Positions 19,764 through 29,989 of a DNA stretch of 50,949 nt are shown piece after piece. Where the stretch lies: contig CAYMKM010000001.1 in the NCBI GenBank assembly GCA_964390985.1, positions 1 to 50,949 on the forward strand, in the 5' to 3' direction. Within the stretch, counting starts at the first letter, position 1. Each line of letters starts with the position of its first letter. This stretch comes from an uncultured Clostridia bacterium. Its GTDB lineage: Bacteria; Bacillota; Limnochordia; DTU080. The notes under the pieces are model-generated. The model was not told the DNA's origin. It saw only the letters and a program-made list of their open reading frames with translations, and did not search any database. The position numbers and the translations under genes are program-made.

Positions 19764-20491
19764 TATTCCATACGCTTAATTTCCCGTCGCATCTTCTTTA
19801 AGATGCGTTTTTCTAATCGCGATATGTAGGATTGTGATATTCCCATTTCGTCGGCGACTTCTTTTTGTGTTTTTTCCTGCCCATCTTTTAAACCGAAGCG
19901 GAGCTCCATAATGCGTTTTTCCCTTCCGGAAAGCCGACCTAGTGCGCCGACAAGCAATGAGCGATCCACTTGTTCTTCTATGTATTTCATCACATCGCTC
20001 TCGGTACCTAACACATCAGAGAGCAGTAGTTCGTTGCCATCCCAATCAGTATTTAGTGGTTCATCAAAGGATATTTCAGCTCTGGTCTTATTATTGCGGC
20101 GTAAATACATAAGAATTTCGTTTTCTATACAGCGGGATGCATAGGTAGCCAGTTTTATTTTTTTGCTGGGGTCAAATGTATTCACCGCTTTAATTAGACC
20201 GATAGTCCCAATAGAGACCAGATCTTCTATTGGCACGCCAGTGTTCTCAAATTTACGGGCAATATATACCACCAAACGTAGGTTGCGCTCTATTAAAACA
20301 GTCTTTACAGAAAGATCACCGCTGCTCAACCGTTCAAGGAGTGAAGCTTCCTCATCGCTGGATAAAGGAGGCGGCAACACTTCGCTCGATCCAATGTAGT
20401 AAATGCGTGCTTTCAGCACACCCCAAAACCGTAAAAAGCGAACAAAAATTAATTGGGTGGCTAAGCGAGTTTTAATTAATAGTGGCCGCAT
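19763..20491 (-). CDS. sigE: Sporulation sigma factor SigE (pro-sigma-E)
   Basis: An N-terminal pro-sequence is followed by [39 protein letters not shown] and C-terminal [14 protein letters not shown]. It overlaps the end of spoIIGA by 16 nt. Confidence 0.93.
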   Translation of the reverse strand: MRPLLIKTRLATQLIFVRFLRFWGVLKARIYYIGSSEVLPPPLSSDEEASLLERLSSGDLSVKTVLIERNLRLVVYIARKFENTGVPIEDLVSIGTIGLIKAVNTFDPSKKIKLATYASRCIENEILMYLRRNNKTRAEISFDEPLNTDWDGNELLLSDVLGTESDVMKYIEEQVDRSLLVGALGRLSGREKRIMELRFGLKDGQEKTQKEVADEMGISQSYISRLEKRILKKMRREIKRME

Positions 20492-21420
20492 AAGAGCACT
20501 CCCCCTTTAATGTCAACCTGCAATAACTCGTTTTGCAGCAAATCCGGGCCAATTAGAGCCTGATAATAGCCGACTGGGTCCAATTGGTGGCAGCAAAGGG
20601 CGATAACACAATCACCTACTGGTTGCGCTTTGCCATCAATCCACATGGTGGCTTGTTGGGGGCGAAAACCGGCCATTACACCGGGCGTTGCACCTAAAGC
20701 AGTATATGGAATTACATGGAAGCGCTGAGCCCAGCTGGTGGTGGCTAAATCAGCTATCAGAGCATTGTATCTACCCGCGGCCAATTCTTCGGTGGCTCTA
20801 AGTAATGACGCCGGTAAAATGTCGCTTAAAGCAGCCCGTTCTACCACTAGTACAGCTCGCGCGGATAGGGGATCTTTTAAATGGTTGCCAGTGTCGTATA
20901 AAGCTATCACGCGGGCTTGGCATCCTGGTTCGAAGGAAATATCTAAGGGAATATACAGTGGCTGATGTTGTAAACGTTGTCTAATGACTCCCCAACCTAG
21001 TTCCGCACTGAGTAGTAACGTAATAAAAGCGGTTACAGTACCAGCTACCAGATGAGGTGAAGTTGGACTACCTAGTAGTTGTGAGGCGGCTACGCCGCTA
21101 CCTGCCGATAACATGCTAATTAAATAAAACACTCCACTAACATGCCAATAACGTGCCGTAGGGTAAAAGGCCGCTACCAGCATGACAAGGGGAAAGGTAA
21201 TCAGTAGCAATGGAGAGCGTAATAAACCGTACCCGGGTATTAGGCTCCAGTAAGCTAGCATTGTGAGAGCGTAGTAAAAAGTGCCGCTGGCAGCCCCGAG
21301 GGCTAACCGACCACGGCGGACAGGCAGTCGGGTGGCAGTGGCGGTAGCCCACAAAAGTAAGTAATCGAAAACAAAGTTTACCATGGCCAATAACAGCTGC
21401 ACATCCACATAAACAACCAT
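20476..21420 (-). CDS. spoIIGA: Sigma-E processing peptidase SpoIIGA
   Basis: Five N-terminal TM segments starting MVVYVDV...FVFDYLLLW. The C-terminal aspartic protease domain has the DTGN motif (ALYDTGNHL). It lies immediately upstream of sigE. Confidence 0.88.
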   Translation of the reverse strand: MVVYVDVQLLLAMVNFVFDYLLLWATATATRLPVRRGRLALGAASGTFYYALTMLAYWSLIPGYGLLRSPLLLITFPLVMLVAAFYPTARYWHVSGVFYLISMLSAGSGVAASQLLGSPTSPHLVAGTVTAFITLLLSAELGWGVIRQRLQHQPLYIPLDISFEPGCQARVIALYDTGNHLKDPLSARAVLVVERAALSDILPASLLRATEELAAGRYNALIADLATTSWAQRFHVIPYTALGATPGVMAGFRPQQATMWIDGKAQPVGDCVIALCCHQLDPVGYYQALIGPDLLQNELLQVDIKGGVLLCGHY

Positions 21421-21489
21421 ATGCGCCCCGCCTCCTTATCCATTTTACCCAGACCGCCCTCTGGTTCCTTTCCTTAACATTACCTATCA

Positions 21490-21519
21490 GAATATGGCTG
21501 CTCGGGCTGGGCAATAATG
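21490..21519 (+). promoter_or_regulatory. Candidate forespore (sigma-F/G type) promoter of sigG
   Basis: GAATA (21490-94), 15-nt spacer, then GGCAATAATG (21510-19). This fits my recollection of the sigma-F consensus GYATA-15-GGnnAnAHTR, with one mismatch in the -35 element. It lies 38 nt upstream of the sigG ATG. Confidence 0.3.
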
Positions 21520-21556
21520 GGCTTAGGGATGGTTTTAGAAGAGGCGGTGCCAGAGC

Positions 21557-22330
21557 ATGAACAAGGTGGAAATATGTGGTGTAAATACATCGAAACTCCC
21601 TGTACTTTCTAATGAAAAAATGCGGGAGCTGCTCAGAAAAATGCACAAAGGGGATAAAGCAGCCCGCAATGCATTGGTGCAAGGGAATTTGCGTTTAGTA
21701 CTCAGCGTGATTCAACGTTTTAGTAACCGGGGTGAAATGGTTGACGATCTTTTTCAAGTAGGTTGCATTGGCCTCATGAAAGCCATAGATAATTTTGATC
21801 TCAGCCAAAATGTCCGATTCTCTACATATGCCGTTCCCATGATCATCGGCGAGATACGTCGTTATTTACGCGATAACAATCCAATTCGCGTCAGCCGTTC
21901 CTTGCGCGATATTGCCTATAAAGCCCTGCAAGTACGCGATTCGTTAGTCAGTCGTCATAGTAAAGAACCCACTATTAACCAAATATCGGAAGAACTAGGT
22001 ATTCCACGCGAAGAGATTGTTTACGCGCTGGATGCTATTCAAGAACCGATCTCATTATTTGAACCTATATACCACGATGGTGGTGACCCCATTTTTGTGA
22101 TGGACCAAATTAGCGACGATAAACAAGACGACGCCGGTTGGTTAGAGGGTATCTCAATTCGCGAAGGGCTCGCACACCTTTCTGATCGCGAAAAATTAAT
22201 ATTGACTATGCGCTTTTTCGATGGCCGTACACAAATGGAGGTAGCTGATGAAATTGGTATATCCCAAGCACAAGTATCGCGGTTAGAGAAAGCTGCCTTA
22301 AAGAATTTACGACGACACATGGTCGTGTAG
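21557..22330 (+). CDS. sigG: Sporulation sigma factor SigG
   Basis: NKVEICGVNTSKLPVL at the N terminus is SigG-specific. Also present are NLRLVLSVIQRF, FQVGCIGLMKAIDNFD, YAVPMIIGEIRRYLRDNNPIRVSRS and ISQAQVSRLEK. Confidence 0.95.
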   Translation: MNKVEICGVNTSKLPVLSNEKMRELLRKMHKGDKAARNALVQGNLRLVLSVIQRFSNRGEMVDDLFQVGCIGLMKAIDNFDLSQNVRFSTYAVPMIIGEIRRYLRDNNPIRVSRSLRDIAYKALQVRDSLVSRHSKEPTINQISEELGIPREEIVYALDAIQEPISLFEPIYHDGGDPIFVMDQISDDKQDDAGWLEGISIREGLAHLSDREKLILTMRFFDGRTQMEVADEIGISQAQVSRLEKAALKNLRRHMVV

Positions 22331-22352
22331 TCCCACAGGCGAGGAGGTTCTT

Positions 22353-22946
22353 ATGATGCTAGTTATATATAAAACACGCCGACGTATAACCTTAGGTATA
22401 CTCGGCGTAGCTGTCACGGCGATAGCTACTGTAGCAGTATTAGGTAAGTATGGATCACTAATAGCACACAACAACGATAATTTGTTGCGGTTACATGTGG
22501 TTGCCAACAGTAATACTCCAGCGGATCAACAATTAAAACTGCAAGTACGTGATGCCTTGCTACCATTGCTGCAGCAAATAGTTTCCGAGAAAAATACGGC
22601 CGATGAAGTTGCTGCGGCAGTGGCTGCCAAACAAGCGCAACTAACCAATGAAGCTGCTGCCGTAGTTTCCAACGCTGGCTTCACCTACCCGGTTCGGGTA
22701 GAACTAGGTGTTTACCCCTTTGATGCTAAAAACGATAATAGGGGAGTGAGAGTTCCAGCTGGTTATTATAGTGCATTGAAAGTGATATTAGGCGAGGGCG
22801 AAGGGAACAACTGGTGGTGCATCCTTTTCCCGCCATTATGTTTTGGCCCCAATGATGTAGAAGTGGCAGCAGGAAAAACGAATGTGCAATGGCGCTGGCG
22901 TTTTTGGCCGTCAAAAAGCCGTGTGGTCTACGCTGGTGCAAAATGA
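22353..22946 (+). CDS. spoIIR: Stage II sporulation protein R
   Basis: An N-terminal signal/TM segment is followed by LRLHVVANSNTPADQQLKLQVRDALL and NWWCILFPPLCF, both characteristic SpoIIR motifs. Confidence 0.85.
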   Translation: MMLVIYKTRRRITLGILGVAVTAIATVAVLGKYGSLIAHNNDNLLRLHVVANSNTPADQQLKLQVRDALLPLLQQIVSEKNTADEVAAAVAAKQAQLTNEAAAVVSNAGFTYPVRVELGVYPFDAKNDNRGVRVPAGYYSALKVILGEGEGNNWWCILFPPLCFGPNDVEVAAGKTNVQWRWRFWPSKSRVVYAGAK

Positions 22947-22994
22947 TCATATATGTAAGGGGGTGGAGGTATCGCCGGGAAGGAGGCAACCCCC

Positions 22995-23249
22995 TTGCTG
23001 CAGAAAGCATCAGAACTAAGGATGATGGATGTCATTAATGTAGCTGATGGAAGACGTTTGGGAAATGTATGTGATTTGGATATGGATGAGGTTACTGGCC
23101 AAATAACAGCCGTTATATTACCCGCTTTCGCAGGCCACATTGTAGGTTGGAACCGCCGATCAGAGTTGGTTATTACTTGGCCGCAAATCGTTCGTATTGG
23201 CCAGGATGTTATTTTAGTAAATTTGCCCCTCAGCAACCTGAGTGCCTAA
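22995..23249 (+). CDS. YlmC/YmxH-family PRC-barrel sporulation protein
   Basis: ASELRMMDVINVADGRRLGNVCDLDMDEVTGQITAVILP matches the family pattern. TTG start, with an internal ATG as an alternative. Confidence 0.8.
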   Translation: MLQKASELRMMDVINVADGRRLGNVCDLDMDEVTGQITAVILPAFAGHIVGWNRRSELVITWPQIVRIGQDVILVNLPLSNLSA

Positions 23250-23262
23250 TTGGAGTGCATAA

Positions 23263-24063
23263 TTGTTCGATTTATTTTCTGACAACGACCTCATAATAGT
23301 ACAATCGCATCTTCTAAATGATTTGGGAGTAGTAAATGGGTTCACCATGCGCATGGGTGGAGTTAGTCAGCCACCTTATGCCGAGTTGAACATGGCATTT
23401 CATACGGGTGATAATCCCGATGACGTGCGTGAGAATCGCCAAAAGGTAGCTCAAGCGCTTGGCATTAAGGTGTCAGCAATGGTAGCCGCTGAACAGGTTC
23501 ATGGCGCTAATGCTTATGTAGTGACAGCCAAAGATGCCGGACGTGGCAGTTTATCGTCTACCTTGGCTATTCCTCATACCGATATTATGCTTACAAACAC
23601 CGATGGTATCGTTTTAACCAGTTTTTATGCCGATTGTGTGCCCATACTATTGGCCGATCCAGTACAGCGAGTGGTGGCGAGCGCCCATGCTGGTTGGCGG
23701 GGTACGCGCTTGCATGTAGGCGCTGTGGCATTGCGAGTTATGCATGAACACTTTGCGAGTGACCCTGCCGATGTACGCGTTGTGATAGGGCCGGCCATTG
23801 GGCCATGTTGTTATCAGGTTTCTCAGCAAATGGCAGATGAATTTGGTCAGGAGTTTGGTGCTGATGTTGCGCTAGGGCGGCAACTAGACTTGCGGCTGGC
23901 TAATAAGCGTAGCCTTGAGCGTGCGGGTGTGCCATCAGTACAAATTCACAGTGCGCCCTGGTGTACAAGCTGCCAGCACGAACTGTTTTTTAGCCATCGA
24001 GCGTCAGGTGGGGTAACAGGACGTTTTGCAGCGCTAATTGGCATGCATCGTGCAGGGCAATAG
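23263..24063 (+). CDS. pgeF: Purine nucleoside phosphorylase / laccase-domain protein YlmD (PgeF family)
   Basis: DUF152-type motifs: TADCVPILL-like (YADCVPILLAD), AHAGWRG and a C-terminal CTxC...FSHR. Confidence 0.85.
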   Translation: MFDLFSDNDLIIVQSHLLNDLGVVNGFTMRMGGVSQPPYAELNMAFHTGDNPDDVRENRQKVAQALGIKVSAMVAAEQVHGANAYVVTAKDAGRGSLSSTLAIPHTDIMLTNTDGIVLTSFYADCVPILLADPVQRVVASAHAGWRGTRLHVGAVALRVMHEHFASDPADVRVVIGPAIGPCCYQVSQQMADEFGQEFGADVALGRQLDLRLANKRSLERAGVPSVQIHSAPWCTSCQHELFFSHRASGGVTGRFAALIGMHRAGQ

Positions 24064-24119
24064 CAGGAGTCAGGTGGTATTTAGACGAAGGTTTTAGCTT
24101 TGTTGAGAGGTGAAACCTT

Positions 24120-26447
24120 TTGTCTGCACGCAAACGTGTCCGCAAGCATCGTCGATATAGAGATTTACTGGCCATAGGGGCCCTTACACTAGCTGTATTG
24201 GCGCTTATCAGCATACATTCAACCGCCGCTGGTGTTATTGGCAACTACTTGGCTACCAGCTTACGTTGGGCGGTTGGTCAAGCTGCCGATTTGCCGCCTA
24301 TTCTTTTATGCTTGTGGGCTTGGTGGTTGTTGCGCGGTAAAACGCGTGTCAAAGGTAGCCTGCGCGGTCTAGCTATAGGGATACTCAGCTCTGTTGTCGT
24401 AGCTGCCATTGATTTAATTCCTTCCATATACGAAGAACCTGCTGGCATCATTGGTGCATTTTTAGGTGGCTGGTTGGTGGAAGCGTTCGGTTTTACCGGT
24501 GCATGGGTAGTGTTGGTATCGTTAACGCTGGTAGCGCTGATCCTATTGATAGAATCGCCTGCTTACCAATTACTCTCAACCATTGCAACAGCTGTATCTT
24601 CTGTTTTTCGCATAGTGGCCAACGCTGTTATGCAATTATTTTCTAAAGTAGCAGCCTCGTGGCAAAACATGAGTGAGGCTAGGAGTAAGCGTCGTGAATT
24701 GCGGCAAGCAGCACGCGCCGAAAAAGCAGCCAGAAGAGAAGAGGCTGAGCCAGAGCTCGAGCCAGAGCCAGCAGCAGAGTTAGCTGCTAGCTCAGCAGAG
24801 CTAGTAACTGACCCTCCTCATTCGTCGACACCAGAGTTTACTGATCCGTTTAAACTACCTATACGGGGCAGGGCCAGGGCAAAGCAGCAGCATACAGATA
24901 CTATGCCTGCGTCAAAAACTGAAACCAAGACTAACCAGACAGCACCAGCTGACCAAATTGGTTGTCAGCAACCCATACCGGCTATTGAATCCACAACTGC
25001 TGGTGTTATTCAATACCGTTTACCACCACTCACTATTTTCAAGCGTTCAAAAGAGCCAGCATCAAGGCGTAAAGGCCCTTTTAAAGATCAAAGCGCCATG
25101 CTGGAAGAGACATTGGCTAGCTTTGGTGTGGAAGTGAAAGTAGTGGATGTCCGGCATGGGCCTGTTGTCACGCGTTACGAACTACAGCCAGCTCCGGGCG
25201 TGCAAGTTAGACGCATCACCAGTCTTGCCGATGATCTAGCATTAAACCTAGCTGCTGCTGGTGTACGTATTGAGGCACCTGTACCGGGCAAATCCGTAGT
25301 AGGTATAGAAGTGCCAAATAAAGAACCGGCCAAAGTCTTATTCCGCGAAGTGGTGGAGAGCGATACCTTTTCTCGGGCACGCTCGCGCCTCAGTTTCGTA
25401 GTAGGTATGGATATCGCCGGTACACCGGTGGTGGGTGACCTTACTCGCTTATTACACGTGCTTATTGGCGGCGCTACGGGTTCAGGTAAAAGTGTTTGCT
25501 TAAATAGCATTATCTGCAGCATTCTTACCAAAGCAAAACCACATGAGGTGAAATTGCTCCTCGTTGATCCAAAACGTGTCGAATTGGCTGTATACGATGG
25601 TATTCCACATTTGATGGCCCCGGTAGTCACCGATGCTAAATTGGCGGCCGGAGCCTTGCGATGGGCAGTTAAAGAAATGGAGAACCGGTATAAAATATTT
25701 GCTGAACAAAGTGTGCGGAATATAGATGCTTATAATCAGCAGGTTTTACGCACAAAAAATACTGGAGAAGAGCCAGCTCAAGAAGGACTACCGCACATTG
25801 TTATAGTCATTGATGAACTGGCCGATCTTATGATGGTTGCCAAAAACGACGTGGAAGATAGTATTTGTAGGTTGGCGCAAATGGCCCGCGCCGCTGGCAT
25901 GTTTTTGCTAATTGCTACGCAGCGACCATCGGTCGATGTAATCACAGGTTTAATTAAAGCTAATGTGCCTAGCCGCATCGCTTTTAAAGTGAGTGCTAAC
26001 CAGGACTCCCGCACTATTCTAGATCGCATTGGGGCAGAACGCTTGCTTGGCAAGGGCGATATGCTCTATTTCCCTATTGGTTTACCAGAACCAATAAGGG
26101 TACAAGGAGCTTTTATATCCGATAAGGAAGTTCAAGCTGTAGTTGATTTTTGGAAGAGCCAGGGTAGCCCAGAGTACCAAGAAGAAGTGTTCAGCATAGA
26201 AGTGACAGAGAGCGAGGCGCAATTCGAAGATAACAGCGACGAATTGCTGGCTGATGCCGCTCGTTTGGTGGTTGAGACAGGAAATGCATCAATATCTATG
26301 ATTCAAAGGCGCTTCAGGGTTGGTTACGCTCGCGCCGCCCGCCTGATGGATATGTTGGAGCTGCGCGGTGTTGTTGGTTGCTACCAGGGTAGTAAGGCCC
26401 GAGAGGTGCTTAAAACCATGGAAGAGTTAGAGGAAATAGTGTTTTGA
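24120..26447 (+). CDS. ftsK: DNA translocase FtsK/SpoIIIE
   Basis: Has four N-terminal TM segments, a low-complexity E/P/A linker, a motor domain with [13 protein letters not shown] and [11 protein letters not shown], and a C-terminal gamma wHTH ([20 protein letters not shown]). Confidence 0.93.
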   Translation: MSARKRVRKHRRYRDLLAIGALTLAVLALISIHSTAAGVIGNYLATSLRWAVGQAADLPPILLCLWAWWLLRGKTRVKGSLRGLAIGILSSVVVAAIDLIPSIYEEPAGIIGAFLGGWLVEAFGFTGAWVVLVSLTLVALILLIESPAYQLLSTIATAVSSVFRIVANAVMQLFSKVAASWQNMSEARSKRRELRQAARAEKAARREEAEPELEPEPAAELAASSAELVTDPPHSSTPEFTDPFKLPIRGRARAKQQHTDTMPASKTETKTNQTAPADQIGCQQPIPAIESTTAGVIQYRLPPLTIFKRSKEPASRRKGPFKDQSAMLEETLASFGVEVKVVDVRHGPVVTRYELQPAPGVQVRRITSLADDLALNLAAAGVRIEAPVPGKSVVGIEVPNKEPAKVLFREVVESDTFSRARSRLSFVVGMDIAGTPVVGDLTRLLHVLIGGATGSGKSVCLNSIICSILTKAKPHEVKLLLVDPKRVELAVYDGIPHLMAPVVTDAKLAAGALRWAVKEMENRYKIFAEQSVRNIDAYNQQVLRTKNTGEEPAQEGLPHIVIVIDELADLMMVAKNDVEDSICRLAQMARAAGMFLLIATQRPSVDVITGLIKANVPSRIAFKVSANQDSRTILDRIGAERLLGKGDMLYFPIGLPEPIRVQGAFISDKEVQAVVDFWKSQGSPEYQEEVFSIEVTESEAQFEDNSDELLADAARLVVETGNASISMIQRRFRVGYARAARLMDMLELRGVVGCYQGSKAREVLKTMEELEEIVF

Positions 26448-26462
26448 TTAAGGTGGTGCATT

Positions 26463-29132
26463 ATGTTTAAAAGAATGGGTTGGACGGCGCTGTTGGTCTT
26501 TCTGGCTGTATTGGTGATTATCACTCTTTTTTCTCATTTCTTCACCGATATGTGGTGGTTTGGCCAGCTGGGTTTTGCGCAAACCTTCTGGCTCCGTTTG
26601 GGCTGGCTGTGGGCCGTCCGCTTGGGTGCGGCAATTATAGCAGCCTTGTTTATTTACCTTAACTTGAGTTTAACGCGGCGTTCGGCAGCGCAAGCCATGT
26701 TTCGTATGCAAGATAGATTGCAGAATATATCGTGGCGAGCGGTTCGTTGGGGATACGCTTTAGCCGCAATTGCATTGGGCGTTTTATATGGCATGGCAGC
26801 CGCATCCAATTGGGATAAGATCGCACTTTTTATCAATGGTCAATCATTTGGCATCGCTGATCCTATTTTTCATAAGGATGTAGGCTTCTACGTTTTTCAA
26901 ATGCCCTTTTACAGCTTAGTTCATTCACTGGGCATGGGCTTATTAATTATTTCATTAATAGCAGTGGGCGTTGTGTACTTGTTTACAGGTGCTTTTCAAC
27001 TGGAAGGTTTTCGGTTACGTCTTACGGGTTCTGCTCGCTGGCATATGAGCATTTTACTGGCCAGCATCCTTGGTTTCAAAGCCTGGGGGTATATACTTAA
27101 CCTGTATAATTTACTCTCTTCACCAACAGGCGTGGTATACGGGGCGACTTACACCAATATGGTGGCTAATCGGCCGGCATTATATATTATGGCCGTGTTG
27201 GCCGCCCTTATTGGCCTGGCTATATTAATAAACGCCTTTCGTCCGGGTGCCGCCCGCTGGATTGTTGTTGGCTTGGTCACTTTAGGTGTCTCATCGTTCC
27301 TGTTGGGTAGTGTTTATCCAGGCTTAGTCCAAAAAGTGAGGGTAGATCCCAACCAACTCAAGCTGGAGCAGCCGTATGTTGGTCACCACATCGCTATGAC
27401 GCGAGTGGCTTACGGTTTAGACAAAGTGATAGAGAGCGACTTTAACCCTGGCTCTGAATTGACTGCAGCTATGCTCAATGAGAACAGCGGCACTGTAAAA
27501 AACATCCGTCAGTGGGATTGGCAGGCCTTGCTGAAAGTGTACCGGCAGTTACAGGAGTTTAAAAACTATTATCGCTTCTCAGATATGGATATTGACCGTT
27601 ACACTATTAACGGGGTATATACACAGGTGATGATCGCTCCCCGCGAGCTATATACCCGTGGTTTACCCACACCGAATTGGATCAATCAGCATTTGGTGTA
27701 TACACATGGGTATGGAGTAGTGGCTAGTCCAGTTAACCGAGTAACAGCCGAGGGAATGCCCGAGTATTTATTGTCGAACATTCCTCCCACTGGTGTAGAG
27801 GAGTTAAGTGTGACTCGACCTGAGATTTACTACGGGGAGATGGCCGATCGGTTTAACCCTTATGTGATAGTGAACACCAATATAAATGAATTCGATTATC
27901 CCAAGGGCGATATGGATGTTTATACTGAATACACTGGTCATGGTGGCGTACCATTGAACTCACCCTTGCGGCGATTAGCTTTTGCTACTCGATACAATGC
28001 TCTTGGTTTTATTCTTAATACCGATATCAAAGCGAATAGCCGGGTGATGATGTATCGCAACATCAATGAGCGTGTCAAACGTATCGCACCTTTCTTTGCG
28101 TATGATGACGATCCTTATGTTGTTATTGACGAGGGTAAGTTGTATTGGATCATTGATGCCTACACTACGAGCAATCGTTTTCCATATGCGCAGCCCCGGC
28201 GCGTGCAAGAATGGGGAACAAGCATTAACTACATCCGCAACTCCGTGAAAGTGGTAATTGATGCTTATAACGGCGATGTCACATTTTACCTTATGGATTC
28301 CTTAGAACCAGTGGCTGTGGCGTTGCTGACCACTTACGGTTTGCCGTATCAAACGGTTGACAATATGCCAGAAGGGTTAAAAGCTCACTTGCGTTATCCG
28401 GAAGATATGTTCGAGATTCAATCGTACCTTTACACTGATTACCACATGGTCGATACAAGGGTGTTTTACAACAGGAGCGATGCGTGGGAAGTGCCTAGCA
28501 CTGCTAATAACAGTTACATTGAGCCGTACTATGTAATTATGCGCCTGCCGCACGAATCGCAAGAAGAGCTAATTATGCTGCGACCGTATACGCCGCTAGG
28601 TAAGGAGAACATGACTGCCTGGTTAGCAGCGCGTAGTGATGGCGAAAACTACGGTAAGCTGGTCTTATATAAGTTCCCCAAGCAAAGCCTAACCTATGGG
28701 CCGGCACAAATAGAGGCCCGTATTGATCAAGATGGTGAAATATCGCAGCTACTCACTTTGTGGGGGCAAAAAGGTTCCGATGTAATTCGCGGTAATTTGT
28801 TGGTAATACCTATCGCCAATTCTCTTTTGTATGTAGAACCTATATTTCTCCAGGCGGAAAAGAGCCAAATGCCCGAGCTGAAGCTGGTAGTAGCCGTACA
28901 TGGCGCTCAGGTGGCAGCAGGGTCCACGCTTGATGAAGCATTGGAGCGTCTTGTTGGCGGTAGGGTGGCGACATCGGTTTTGAAGGAAGCCACATCAAGC
29001 ACTGGTGTGGTTAGTAACACAGCTGCTAGACGTTTGAATGAAGCGTACTCTAGGCTAGAAAGTCAACTAAAGAGTGTTAGTAAGGCTCTATCGGAGCTAG
29101 AAAAGGCAATTCAAACGCTAGACGAGCAGTAA
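26463..29132 (+). CDS. UPF0182-family large membrane protein (function unknown)
   Basis: 889 aa with about 7 N-terminal TM segments. The DPIFHKDVGFYVFQMPFY and NLLVIPIANSLLYVEPIFLQAE segments match my memory of the UPF0182 family signature. No database search was run to confirm this. Confidence 0.7.
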   Translation: MFKRMGWTALLVFLAVLVIITLFSHFFTDMWWFGQLGFAQTFWLRLGWLWAVRLGAAIIAALFIYLNLSLTRRSAAQAMFRMQDRLQNISWRAVRWGYALAAIALGVLYGMAAASNWDKIALFINGQSFGIADPIFHKDVGFYVFQMPFYSLVHSLGMGLLIISLIAVGVVYLFTGAFQLEGFRLRLTGSARWHMSILLASILGFKAWGYILNLYNLLSSPTGVVYGATYTNMVANRPALYIMAVLAALIGLAILINAFRPGAARWIVVGLVTLGVSSFLLGSVYPGLVQKVRVDPNQLKLEQPYVGHHIAMTRVAYGLDKVIESDFNPGSELTAAMLNENSGTVKNIRQWDWQALLKVYRQLQEFKNYYRFSDMDIDRYTINGVYTQVMIAPRELYTRGLPTPNWINQHLVYTHGYGVVASPVNRVTAEGMPEYLLSNIPPTGVEELSVTRPEIYYGEMADRFNPYVIVNTNINEFDYPKGDMDVYTEYTGHGGVPLNSPLRRLAFATRYNALGFILNTDIKANSRVMMYRNINERVKRIAPFFAYDDDPYVVIDEGKLYWIIDAYTTSNRFPYAQPRRVQEWGTSINYIRNSVKVVIDAYNGDVTFYLMDSLEPVAVALLTTYGLPYQTVDNMPEGLKAHLRYPEDMFEIQSYLYTDYHMVDTRVFYNRSDAWEVPSTANNSYIEPYYVIMRLPHESQEELIMLRPYTPLGKENMTAWLAARSDGENYGKLVLYKFPKQSLTYGPAQIEARIDQDGEISQLLTLWGQKGSDVIRGNLLVIPIANSLLYVEPIFLQAEKSQMPELKLVVAVHGAQVAAGSTLDEALERLVGGRVATSVLKEATSSTGVVSNTAARRLNEAYSRLESQLKSVSKALSELEKAIQTLDEQ

Positions 29133-29149
29133 ATTACCGGACATACACT

Positions 29150-29185
29150 CCCCCTTATGAGACATATACATGTCCCATAAGGGGG
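29150..29185 (+). promoter_or_regulatory. Strong hairpin that sequesters the spoIIP Shine-Dalgarno sequence
   Basis: cccccttatgagacat / atgtcccataaggggg pair at 15 of 16 bp around a 4-nt loop. No U-tract follows on either strand. The 3' arm contains AAGGGGG, 8 nt before the ATG at 29194. Confidence 0.45.
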
Positions 29186-29193
29186 TCGATCAC

Positions 29194-29952
29194 ATGGTGC
29201 GGCCAAGAAGATCAGGGTATGGCGGACAAGATCGGGACGGATCGGGCCTTACTTTCCTATTAGTGATTCTGGTTGTAGTGGCCATTGCGGGAGCAAAGCT
29301 TGTTGGATTTAAGCCCAAGAACGCTGAACCGGTTGCTGGTAACGGTACTTTGGTACCAGAAACACAAGCAGCAATGGTGTTAATTTCTTCCGCTCATCCC
29401 AGCGAGAACTACTCTCCGGCGTCGCCGCATGCTAAAGGGGCTGGTGATGTGGTGACGGTGAGCCAGGCTTTGGTAGCGGCGTTACAAGCAGAGAAACAGC
29501 AAGCACAGCTAGTTATACCAACTGGTACAATTCCTTGGAGTGAGGCTTTTAATATTGCACGGACAGCTTTGCAACCCGCATTAGGCGATGGCAGTAAAGT
29601 GGCGGCTATTATTGATATACACCGCGATGCCTTGGATGATAAACCGGATGGTTATTGCACAGTGTTCGTAGAAGGACGCCCTGTGGCTAAAGTGTTGTTA
29701 GTGGTAGGCGATCTAGATAACGCTAAGGTAGAGGAAAACTTGGCCTTTGCCCAGCAACTCCGGGCCAATTTGGAAGCGGTTGCTCCTGGCATCACTCGTG
29801 GGGTGAAAATACTTCACCAGGCAATAAATGGGGATTTGCATCCGCGTTTTGTACAACTGCATATAGGTGAGTATACTGATAATAACATTGATGAGGCGTT
29901 AGCGGCTGCGCAAATAGTAGCAAAGGCTTTGGTTAAGACGCTCAAACAATAG
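29194..29952 (+). CDS. spoIIP: Stage II sporulation protein P-like (SpoIIP family amidase/endopeptidase)
   Basis: An N-terminal TM segment is followed by SAHPSENY (compare the HTHxxEAY pattern) and IIDIHRDAL. Size and layout are SpoIIP-like. The start at 29194 is preferred because the ORF-track ATG at 29170 has no SD and lies inside the hairpin. Confidence 0.62.
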   Translation: MVRPRRSGYGGQDRDGSGLTFLLVILVVVAIAGAKLVGFKPKNAEPVAGNGTLVPETQAAMVLISSAHPSENYSPASPHAKGAGDVVTVSQALVAALQAEKQQAQLVIPTGTIPWSEAFNIARTALQPALGDGSKVAAIIDIHRDALDDKPDGYCTVFVEGRPVAKVLLVVGDLDNAKVEENLAFAQQLRANLEAVAPGITRGVKILHQAINGDLHPRFVQLHIGEYTDNNIDEALAAAQIVAKALVKTLKQ

Positions 29953-29989
29953 AGAACGGTCCCTGCCGCACTTAAGCCTGCTGCAGGTT

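Noticed and set aside
21137-21682. 181-aa minus-strand ORF spanning the spoIIGA N terminus, the divergent promoter region and the sigG start
   Set aside because: It overlaps two well-supported genes and the intergenic control region, and no motif was recognised. It is judged a frame artefact.
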